11,439 nt of DNA from a bacterium (GTDB taxonomy: Bacteria > Sysuimicrobiota > Sysuimicrobiia > Sysuimicrobiales > Humicultoraceae). This document shows, in pieces, positions 1 through 7,417 of this stretch. A program made the position numbers and the translations under genes. The stretch lies in the NCBI GenBank assembly GCA_041497675.1, contig JBGQGY010000116.1:1-11439 (forward strand), written 5' to 3'. How positions within the stretch are numbered: the first letter of the stretch is position 1; the number at the start of each line of letters is the position of its first letter. The notes beneath the pieces are model-generated. The model had not been told where the DNA came from and did not search any database. It saw nothing but the letters and a program-made list of their open reading frames with translations.

Positions 1-1923
1 GAGACCGAAGTCACGGGCATCACCGTGCGCGACGGGCAGGTGGCGGCGGTCGTGACGAATCGGGGCACGATTCGCACCGACGTGGTCGTCAACTGCGCGG
101 GTATCTGGGCGCACCACATCGGCGCCCTGGCGGGCGTGATGGTGCCGGTGACCGGGATCGAGCACCAGTACCTGCTCACCGGACCGATGGAGGGCACGCA
201 CCGCAAGATGCCGGTCGTGCGCGATCCTGACCTGCTGTTGTATTTCCGCGAAGAAGTCCGCGGGCTGTGCATCGGCGGGTACGAAGCCAGACCCCTGACG
301 TTTGGACTCGACGGCATCCCCGCGGATTTTCACCACCGGCTGCTCGCGCCGAACTGGGATCAGTTCGAGCCACTGGCGAAAAACGCGGCGATCCGCATCC
401 CCGCGGTGGACAAAACCGGCGTCCACAAGTTGATCAACGGTCCCGACGGGTTCACGCCCGACGGAGATCTGCTTTTGGGTGAGGCGCCGGAAGTACGGGG
501 GTACTTCGTCGCGGGTGGATCGCCCGGTATCGCGTCCGGTGGCGGCGCCGGCAAGATCATGGCCGAATGGATCGTTGAAGGCCAGCCCAGTCTGGACATG
601 TGGCGCATGGATATCCGTCGGTTTCAGACGCACTACGCCGATCGTTCGTATGCGGCCGCGCGCGCCCTTGAAACCTATGAGAAGAACTACTGGCTGCACC
701 CGGCCTTCGAAGAACGCGAGTCCGCGCGGCCCCTGCGCGTGAGTCCACCGCACGCGCGCCTAGTCGCGCTCGGTGCGTCAATGGGCGAGAAGGGCGGGTG
801 GGAGCGGCCAAACTGGTTTGCGCACAACGAGCCCGCCGGTGCCGCGCTGACACGCCCGGCGTGGATGCCGATGGGGTGGGCCCGGCTGAGCTGGTCCCCC
901 GCCATCGCGGAAGAGCACCGGGCCGTGCGCGAAGCGGCCGGGCTATTTGATTTCACCTCATTTACCAAGTTCGAAATGGAAGGAGCCGGGTCGCTCGGGG
1001 CGTTGCAGTGGCTCACAGACAATGAGATGGATAAACCCGTTGGCAGCGTGATCTACACGCAGATGCTGAACTCGCGTGGGGGGATTGAGTGCGACGTGAC
1101 GGTGACGCGGCTTGGGCTCGAGCAGTTCATGATCGTGACCGGGAGCGCGTTTGGCGTGCACGACCTCGACTGGATCCGCCGCCACCTGCCCGACGGGGCG
1201 CCGATCACCGTCCGCGATATGACCGCCGAGCGTTGCTGTTTCGGTCTGTGGGGTCCGAAGGCCCGCGACGTGCTGGCACGAGTGTGCCGCGATGATATCT
1301 CCAACGCCGCGTTTCCTTATATGACGGCCCAGGATGTGACCATCGCGGGGGTTCCGGTCCGCGCGCAACGCGTCACGTATGTCGGCGAACTCGGATGGGA
1401 GCTCTACGTCCCATTTGGCGAGGGGCTGAAGGTCTGGGATGCCCTCTGGGAGGCCGGCCGTCCGTCCGGTCTCCGACCGGTGGGCTATCGCGCCGTCGAC
1501 TCGCTGCGACTCGAGAAAGGCTACCGGTACTGGAGCGCCGACATCACGCCGGAGTACACGCCCTACGAGTCCGGCCAGGCGTTTTGCGTGAAACTCGACA
1601 AGGGTGACTTCCAGGGGCGCGACGCGCTCGTGCGGCAGAAGGCTGAGGGCGTGAAGGAAAAGCTGTGCTGTCTGGTGCTGGCGGATCCGCGTGTCATCGC
1701 GCTCGGGAACGAACCTGTGTACGACGGCGAGCGGGTCGTGACGCGCGTGACCAGCGGTGGCTACGGATATACCGTCGGCGAGAGCCTCGCGTTTGCGTAC
1801 CTGCCGGCCGGCTTGTCGGTCGCCGGCACGCCGCTTGCGCTCGTGGTCGATGGGGAGCGCGTCGCGGCGACGGTGCAGCGCGAGCCGCGCTTCGATCCCA
1901 CCAACACCCGCATCAAAGCGTAA
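1..1923 (+). CDS. FAD-dependent oxidoreductase with GcvT-like aminomethyltransferase domain (dimethylglycine/sarcosine dehydrogenase-like), 5'-truncated by the window edge
   Basis: Frame is open from base 1 (ETEVTGITVRDG...), so the GTG at 25 is not the start. Family motifs: VVNCAGIWA, EHQY, RDPD..YFREE, INGPDGFTPDG, GWERPNWF, YTQMLNSRGGIECDVTVTR, RVTYVGELGWELY, SLRLEKGYRYW, TSGGYG. Colinear with the full paralog at 3856-6306 from about its residue 171. Confidence 0.93.
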   Translation, partial: ETEVTGITVRDGQVAAVVTNRGTIRTDVVVNCAGIWAHHIGALAGVMVPVTGIEHQYLLTGPMEGTHRKMPVVRDPDLLLYFREEVRGLCIGGYEARPLTFGLDGIPADFHHRLLAPNWDQFEPLAKNAAIRIPAVDKTGVHKLINGPDGFTPDGDLLLGEAPEVRGYFVAGGSPGIASGGGAGKIMAEWIVEGQPSLDMWRMDIRRFQTHYADRSYAAARALETYEKNYWLHPAFEERESARPLRVSPPHARLVALGASMGEKGGWERPNWFAHNEPAGAALTRPAWMPMGWARLSWSPAIAEEHRAVREAAGLFDFTSFTKFEMEGAGSLGALQWLTDNEMDKPVGSVIYTQMLNSRGGIECDVTVTRLGLEQFMIVTGSAFGVHDLDWIRRHLPDGAPITVRDMTAERCCFGLWGPKARDVLARVCRDDISNAAFPYMTAQDVTIAGVPVRAQRVTYVGELGWELYVPFGEGLKVWDALWEAGRPSGLRPVGYRAVDSLRLEKGYRYWSADITPEYTPYESGQAFCVKLDKGDFQGRDALVRQKAEGVKEKLCCLVLADPRVIALGNEPVYDGERVVTRVTSGGYGYTVGESLAFAYLPAGLSVAGTPLALVVDGERVAATVQREPRFDPTNTRIKA

Positions 1924-1930
1924 CGCCGTC

Positions 1931-3226
1931 ATGTCGACCCCGGCCGCTCGCGCGCTCTCCGTCTTCCCCGCAGGCTCGCCGGGGGAGTACAATCTTCCGC
2001 CCGATCTCGTGACCGTGCTAGCCCGTGGGGAAGGCGCGGCCGTGTGGGATACGCAGGGGCGCCGGTTTCTTGACTTCACGATGGGGTGGGGATCGGTGCT
2101 GTTGGGCCACGCGCACCCCGCGGTCGTGGACGCCGTGCGCCGCCGCGCGGGCCTCGGATCGAACTTTGCGTACCTCTCAGAACCCGCGCTGGAACTGGCC
2201 GAAGAGATCGTGCGCGCCGTGCCCTGCGCTGAACGGGTGCGGTTTTGCGCGTCTGGGACCGAGGCGACCGCGTATGCCGTCCGGCTGGCGCGCGCCTACA
2301 CCGGGCGCGCGAAGGTGCTGAAGTTCGAAGGCGCCTATCACGGCGCGAACGAAATCGGTACCGCCAGCCTGTTTCCTCAGCGTCTCCTCGATTTTCCGGC
2401 GGTCGAGCCGACCTCGGCTGGGCTGTCTGCGGGATCGATGGCCGACATCCTGGTGGCGCCATTCAATGATCTGGACGCGACCAGACGGATCGCCGAGACA
2501 CACCGGCGTGCCCTGGCGGCCGTCGTCGTCGAGCCCCTGCACAGATGCACGTCACCACGCCCGGGTTTTCTCGAGGGGCTCCGGGCGCTCGCAACAGAGG
2601 TTGGCGCTTTGCTGATCTTCGACGAGGTGGTCACCGGATTTCGCCTGGCGTATGGAGGCGCGCAGGCATACTACGACGTCCGCCCGGACGTGGCTGCGCT
2701 GGGCAAAGCCATGGGCGGCGGGTATCCTCTCGGTGCGGTCGTGGGGAGATCCGACGTGCTCGATCTCGTCCGAGAGGATCGTCTCGGACAGGATCGTTAC
2801 GTGTGGTTCGCATCGAGCCTGGGCGGCAATCCGGTGTCCGCCGCCGCCGGGGTCGCGGCGCTCGGCGAGTTGCGGAAGCCCGGCGTCTATGCGCGCCTGT
2901 TTGCGCTCGGCGAGGCGCTCCGCGCCGGTCTCCGCGCGGCGCTGAAGGATGAAGGCATCACGGCGCAGGTGCAGGGCGAGGGACCCCTGGCCGCCGTGGT
3001 GTTCACCGGCACAGAGGTTGTGGACTATCGGACGGCCGCGACCGCCGACCGGCAGCGGGCGCGCGCCTTCCTGCTTGGACTCTTCCGCCGGGGCATCTTC
3101 TTGAATCCGATGTCGACGAAGTTGTATCTGTCGCTCGCGCACACCGCAGGGGACGTCGCGCGATTCCTGGACGTCGCGCGTGAGACGCTGCGGGAGGACG
3201 TCGGCCGTGGGCCCGAAAAGGAGTGA
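1931..3226 (+). CDS. PLP-dependent class III aminotransferase, glutamate-1-semialdehyde aminomutase (HemL)-like paralog, substrate unknown
   Basis: Motifs GEGAAVWDTQGRRFLD, GSVLLGHAHP, RFCASGTEA, KFEGAYHG, LLIFDEVVTGFR, LGKAMGGGYP (PLP lysine), SLGGNPVS. Start placed at ATG 1931, 7 nt after the upstream TAA; the ORF-track start at 1757 lies inside the previous gene. 431 aa. Confidence 0.9.
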   Translation: MSTPAARALSVFPAGSPGEYNLPPDLVTVLARGEGAAVWDTQGRRFLDFTMGWGSVLLGHAHPAVVDAVRRRAGLGSNFAYLSEPALELAEEIVRAVPCAERVRFCASGTEATAYAVRLARAYTGRAKVLKFEGAYHGANEIGTASLFPQRLLDFPAVEPTSAGLSAGSMADILVAPFNDLDATRRIAETHRRALAAVVVEPLHRCTSPRPGFLEGLRALATEVGALLIFDEVVTGFRLAYGGAQAYYDVRPDVAALGKAMGGGYPLGAVVGRSDVLDLVREDRLGQDRYVWFASSLGGNPVSAAAGVAALGELRKPGVYARLFALGEALRAGLRAALKDEGITAQVQGEGPLAAVVFTGTEVVDYRTAATADRQRARAFLLGLFRRGIFLNPMSTKLYLSLAHTAGDVARFLDVARETLREDVGRGPEKE

Positions 3227-3230
3227 GGCG

Positions 3231-3803
3231 ATGAAGCGAAGGTGTCTGTTCGCCGTGATCGTAGCGGGCTTGTTCGTGCTGCCGTCGGTCTCTTCGTACG
3301 CCGCACCGGCCATTCCCGGTCCTCTCGGGGGGCCTGAGATCGCGGTGGATGTGAATACCATGCTTGGCAAGAAGGCGCCAGCGTTCACATTGCGGGATAG
3401 CGACGGAAAGCAATACAAGGTTGTGCCTGGTCGCGGCCGCCCGCTGGTGGTCATCTCCCACATGGGGTATTACTGACAGCGGTGCGTCAGCCAGCTCGGC
3501 GAGCTGGAGAAGTCGGCGGCGGCGCTCAAGGTAATTGCCGAAGCGTATATAGTCAATCCGGACACCCCGGAGAACAGCAAGAGAGTTCGTGAGGCGGCCC
3601 GCCTATCAATCCCGATCCTGTTGGACCCAGGCTACGGCGTGGCGCGGATGTTTGACCTACCTGGCCAGGGTCGGCCTATGAACGGGCTGGTGGGGTTCGT
3701 CGTCGTAGACGGAAAAGGAATCATTCGCGTGCAGCGCGTCGATATCGACTTTGGCAGCCATGCAAGCCAGATCATCCAGATTGTCAACATCGTCTCGCGG
3801 TAA
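3231..3803 (+). CDS. Selenocysteine-containing AhpC/TSA-redoxin (peroxiredoxin-like, thioredoxin-fold) protein with signal peptide; UGA 3474-3476 = Sec82, motif U82-Q-R-C85
   Basis: ATG 3231 follows AAGGAGTGAGG. The track ORFs 3180-3476 and 3621-3803 share a frame, and the only stop between 3231 and TAA 3801-3803 is TGA 3474-3476. Joined product: MKRRCLFAVIVAGLFVLPSVSSYA-AP...GKKAPAFTLRDSDGKQY...PLVVISHMGYY-U-QRCVSQLGELEKSAAALK...YIVNPDTPENSKRV...IPILLDPGYGVARMFDL...FVVVDGKGIIR..., a continuous redoxin pattern of 190 aa. Confidence 0.88.
3491..3507 (+). promoter_or_regulatory. Putative bacterial SECIS element (apical stem-loop)
   Basis: Perfect 7-bp stem CCAGCTC (3491-3497)/GAGCTGG (3501-3507) with a GGC loop. 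The loop starts with G, 21 nt after the UGA, consistent with the bacterial SECIS model (G early in the apical loop, about 16-37 nt from UGA). Confidence 0.72.
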
Positions 3804-3855
3804 TTCCCGGTAGGCGCCGGGGAGAAGACGGAGCGCGGGGGTCGGATTCGCTTCT

Positions 3856-6306
3856 ATGAAAAGCGACGCACAGGCCGTCATTATTGGTGGCGGGATCGTC
3901 GGCTGTAGCATTGCCTACCACCTTGCCGACATGGGATGGAAGGACGTCGTGGTCGTCGAGAAAGGCGACCTCACCAGTGGGTCGACCTGGCATGCCGCCG
4001 GTCTGGTGGGACAGTTGCGCGCGTCGGCGAGTCTCACGCGCATCATGCGGTACAGCGCCGACCTGTACGCCCGTTTGAGCAAAGAGACCGGTCACGACAC
4101 GGAGTGGCGGCAGGTCGGCAGTATGCGTCTGGCCTCGACGCCGTTGCGGATGGAAGAAAACCTGCGACAGGCGGCGATGTGCCGGACGTTCGGTCTCCCC
4201 GTCGAGGTGTTGAGCCCGCGCGAGGCGGTAAAGTTGTTTCCGCTGATGACCGACCGCGACCTAGTTGGTGCCGTGTTCATGCCCACCGACGGTCGGGTCG
4301 ATCCCAGCGGCGCGACGTTTGCGCTGGCCAAAGGCGCCCGGACCCGCGGCGTGGAGTTCTACATGAATACGCTCGTCACCGGCATCACCGTCAAGAACGG
4401 TCGCGTCGATGCGGTCATCACCGATCAGGGGACTATTCGCACGCCCGTGGTCGTCAACGCGGCCGGCATGTGGGCCGATCAGGTCGGCAAGATGGTCGGC
4501 GTGACGCTGCCGCTGATTACAATGCAACATCAGTACCTGATCACCGAGCCGGTTGAGGGCATGCAGCGTGATCTGCCGATTCTGCGCGATCCAGATCTGC
4601 GCGTCTATCTCCGCGAAGAGGTGCTCGGCCTGCTGGTCGGAGGGTTCGAGGCCGATCCCAAGCCGTGGGCCCTCGACGGCGTCCCGCTGAACTTCAGCCA
4701 CCGCCTGCTGCAGTCGGACTGGCCGCTCTTCGAGCCGCTGGCGCGCAACGCGGCGGTGCGCGTGCCGGCCTTCGAGCACGCGGAGGTGACGCGCATTATC
4801 AACGGCCCGGAGGCGTTCACACCCGACGGCGAGTTCATGATCGGCGAAGTGCCGGGCGTGCGTGGGTTTTTCGTCGCGACCGGTTTCAACGCATACGGTA
4901 TTGCCGCCGGCGGTGGCGTGGGTAGAGTGCTGGCCGAGTGGATCGTCGAAGGCCAACCAAGCCTCGATCTCTGGCGGATGGACGTCCGGCGATGGGGGCC
5001 GCAGTACCAGCAGCAGACCTACACGCTGCCGCGGTCGATCGAGGCGCTCGCCCGCCGTTACGGCGCCGTGAGCCTGCCGTTTGAAGAATGGGACACCGGA
5101 CGCGGGTTCCGTCTCAGCCCATTCTATGATCGGCTGAGGGCGATGGGCGCGTCGCTCGGCGAGAAGGGTGGGTGGGAGCGGCCAAATTGGTTCGCGAGCA
5201 ACACCACTGATGGCGGCGCGAGTGCGACAGGCGCGGCCAACGGCTGGCGACCCGCCGGGTTCCTGCGTCACAACTGGACGCCGGCTATCGCGGTCGAGCA
5301 CATGGCCGCGCGCGAGGCCGCCGGTCTGTTCGACTTTACGTCGTTCAGCAAGATTGACGTCGAAGGCCCCGGGGCGCTGCGGGCGCTGCAGTGGATGACG
5401 GACAACGAGATGGACAAACCCGCCGGCAGCGTCACCTATACGCAGATGCTCAACTCGCGCGGCGGCATCGAGTGCGACCTGACCGTCACGCGGCTGGCGC
5501 CTGAGCGATTCTTCATCATTACGGGGAGCGCGTTTGGCGCGCACGACCTGGACTGGATCCGCCGCCACCTACCCGCCGATGGCTCCGCGGTCGCCCGCGA
5601 TGTCACGATGACCTTCGGGTGCATCGGCCTCTGGGGCCCGCAGGCGCGCGCGATCCTGGAAAAGGTCAGCGGCGATGACGTCTCGAACGCGGGCTTCCCC
5701 TACATGACCGGGCGGACGATCTCGATTGCCGGCATCCGCGTGCGGGCGCTGCGCGTGACGTATGTGGGTGAACTCGGCTGGGAGCTATACATGCCGGCGG
5801 AGCAAGGCCCCATCGTGTGGGACGCGCTGTGGGAGGCGGGGCGGCCTGCCGGCCTGCGCCCCGTTGGCTATCGCGCGGTCGAGTCGCTGCGCCTGGAGAA
5901 AGGCTACCGGTACTGGAGCGCGGACATCACGCCCGAGTACACGCCGCTCGAATCGGGGCAGGCGTTCTGCGTCAAGTTGGACAAAGGCGACTTTCAGGGT
6001 CGAGAGGCACTGGTGAAGCAGAAGACCGAAGGGCTCGCGCGGAAACTCTGCTGTCTGGTGCTGGCCGAGCCCACGGCCGTGGCGCTCGGAAATGAGCCGG
6101 TCTTCGAGGACGGGCGCGTCGTCAGCCGCGTGACGAGCGGTGGGTATGGCTACTTTGTCGGCGAGAGCATCGCCTACGCCTACCTACCGGTGAAGATGGC
6201 GACGATCGGCACGCAGGTCACGATCGAGGCGGACGGCGAACGAATCGGCGCGACAGTCCAGCGCGATCCGCGCCACGATCCCGGCAGCACCCGAATCAAG
6301 GCCTAG
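3856..6306 (+). CDS. Full-length FAD-dependent oxidoreductase/GcvT-domain protein (dimethylglycine/sarcosine dehydrogenase-like), 816 aa
   Basis: N-terminal Rossmann motif VIIGGGIVG, LTSGSTWHAAG (His used for covalent FAD in DMG oxidase/dehydrogenase), QHQY, INGPEAFTPDG, ATGFNAYGIAAGGGVG, GWERPNWF, and a C-terminal GcvT-like domain (RVTYVGELGWELY, SLRLEKGYRYW). Confidence 0.95.
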   Translation: MKSDAQAVIIGGGIVGCSIAYHLADMGWKDVVVVEKGDLTSGSTWHAAGLVGQLRASASLTRIMRYSADLYARLSKETGHDTEWRQVGSMRLASTPLRMEENLRQAAMCRTFGLPVEVLSPREAVKLFPLMTDRDLVGAVFMPTDGRVDPSGATFALAKGARTRGVEFYMNTLVTGITVKNGRVDAVITDQGTIRTPVVVNAAGMWADQVGKMVGVTLPLITMQHQYLITEPVEGMQRDLPILRDPDLRVYLREEVLGLLVGGFEADPKPWALDGVPLNFSHRLLQSDWPLFEPLARNAAVRVPAFEHAEVTRIINGPEAFTPDGEFMIGEVPGVRGFFVATGFNAYGIAAGGGVGRVLAEWIVEGQPSLDLWRMDVRRWGPQYQQQTYTLPRSIEALARRYGAVSLPFEEWDTGRGFRLSPFYDRLRAMGASLGEKGGWERPNWFASNTTDGGASATGAANGWRPAGFLRHNWTPAIAVEHMAAREAAGLFDFTSFSKIDVEGPGALRALQWMTDNEMDKPAGSVTYTQMLNSRGGIECDLTVTRLAPERFFIITGSAFGAHDLDWIRRHLPADGSAVARDVTMTFGCIGLWGPQARAILEKVSGDDVSNAGFPYMTGRTISIAGIRVRALRVTYVGELGWELYMPAEQGPIVWDALWEAGRPAGLRPVGYRAVESLRLEKGYRYWSADITPEYTPLESGQAFCVKLDKGDFQGREALVKQKTEGLARKLCCLVLAEPTAVALGNEPVFEDGRVVSRVTSGGYGYFVGESIAYAYLPVKMATIGTQVTIEADGERIGATVQRDPRHDPGSTRIKA

Positions 6307-7414
6307 AACTGGGCACGGGGACGTGCACGCCCATCTCTACGAGCACATCGCGGATCGCGGCCAGCGCGCCGCGCATGTCGGCTTCGGTCAGCCGGCCGAT
6401 GCAGCCGATGCGGAATGAGTCGATTTTCGTCAGCTTCCCCGGATAGATCAGGTAGCCGCGCCGCGCGAGCCTATCGTAGAAGTTCTTGAAATCGAAACGG
6501 GGATCGGCCGGCGTATGAAAGGTCACGATGATCGGCGCCTGCAACGCATCGGGTAGCAGCGGCCGGAACCCCATCGCTCGCATACCCTGGATCAGGATCT
6601 GGCAGTTCCGGCGGTAGCGCGCCCCCCGGCCGGCCACGCCGCCCTCGGCCGCGTGTTCGTCCAGCGCCCGATCGAACGCCGCCAGGACGTGCGTCGGCGG
6701 GGTGAACCGCCACTGTCCCGTCTTTTCCATGAACTGCGATTGCTCGCGCAGGTCGAGCACGACCGAATGGCTGTTGCCCTGACTGGCGTCGAGCGCCGCC
6801 GTGGCGCAGACGACGAACGTGGCGCCAGGGACGCCCTCGATGCACTTGTTGAACGACGAGGTCATGGCGTCGAACGCAATTTCGCGCGCATCCAGCGGCA
6901 GCGCGCCAAAGGCGCTCATGGCATCGATGAGCAACCGGCGCCCGGCCGCCGCCACCACTTGCGCCACCTCGGCCAGCGGATTGAGGACCCCTGACGTGGT
7001 CTCACAGTGGACGAAGGCCACGTGCGTGATTGCGGGTTCTGCCGCCAGTGCGGTTGCCACGCGCGCTGGGTCCACGGCCTCATCCTCGCCCCACTCCAGC
7101 GTCGCGTGCGCGCGGCCGATCACGCGGCATATGTGCGCCATCCGGTGGCCATAGGCGCCGTTGATCAGGATCAGCAGTTTGCCGTCGCGCGGCACCATCG
7201 TCCCGATCATCGCCTCGATCGCAAACGTCCCCGACCCCTGCAGGAGCACCGCGACGTGGGTTCCGTCACCGCCGGCCATGTCGACCAGACGCTGCTGCAC
7301 GCGTCGATTCATGGCGACAAACGCGGCGTCGCGTGATCCCCAATCGCGCAGCATAGCCTCCTTGGTGGTCCGCGAGGTCGTGAGCGGCCCGGGCGTCAGC
7401 AACAGGGGCTCCAT
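6296..7414 (-). CDS. phnW: 2-aminoethylphosphonate--pyruvate transaminase
   Basis: Motifs LLLTPGPLTTS, DWGSRD, LQGSGTFAIEA, NGAYG, VHCETTSG, DAMSAFG, NKCIEGVPG (PLP Lys), QWRFTPPTH, IYPGKLT, FRIGCIG. Lies directly after the AEP-type ABC transporter genes. Confidence 0.95.
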   Translation of the reverse strand: MEPLLLTPGPLTTSRTTKEAMLRDWGSRDAAFVAMNRRVQQRLVDMAGGDGTHVAVLLQGSGTFAIEAMIGTMVPRDGKLLILINGAYGHRMAHICRVIGRAHATLEWGEDEAVDPARVATALAAEPAITHVAFVHCETTSGVLNPLAEVAQVVAAAGRRLLIDAMSAFGALPLDAREIAFDAMTSSFNKCIEGVPGATFVVCATAALDASQGNSHSVVLDLREQSQFMEKTGQWRFTPPTHVLAAFDRALDEHAAEGGVAGRGARYRRNCQILIQGMRAMGFRPLLPDALQAPIIVTFHTPADPRFDFKNFYDRLARRGYLIYPGKLTKIDSFRIGCIGRLTEADMRGALAAIRDVLVEMGVHVPVPSSRP

Positions 7415-7417
7415 GTA

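Noticed and set aside
1757..1930. N-terminal extension of the aminotransferase (likewise 9131-9250 for the permease and 11359-11412 for the binding protein)
   Set aside because: The first two overlap upstream genes with non-homologous sequence; the third precedes a better SD-ATG and signal peptide.
3474..3476. Alternative genetic code (UGA = Trp or Gly)
   Set aside because: TGA acts as a normal stop for the aminotransferase (3224-3226), phnW and the binding protein, and Trp is TGG throughout.
3180..3803. Two separate small hypothetical ORFs (3180-3476, 3621-3803) or a nonsense pseudogene
   Set aside because: Same frame, a single TGA at the catalytic Cys position, no other lesions, and a SECIS-like hairpin at the expected distance. 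Sec recoding explains this better.
3804..3823. Intrinsic terminator after the selenoprotein gene
   Set aside because: 7-bp hairpin without a U tract on the plus strand; not enough to call a terminator.
958..5568. Long antisense ORFs 958-2079, 2552-3463 and 4261-5568 on the minus strand
   Set aside because: Shadow frames of high-GC genes, mostly Arg/Ala/Gly-rich with no recognisable motifs, overlapping well-supported CDSs.
3856..6306. Calling the large genes gcvT (glycine cleavage T protein)
   Set aside because: They are about 800-aa fusions with an N-terminal FAD oxidoreductase domain, and no gcvH or gcvP is present.
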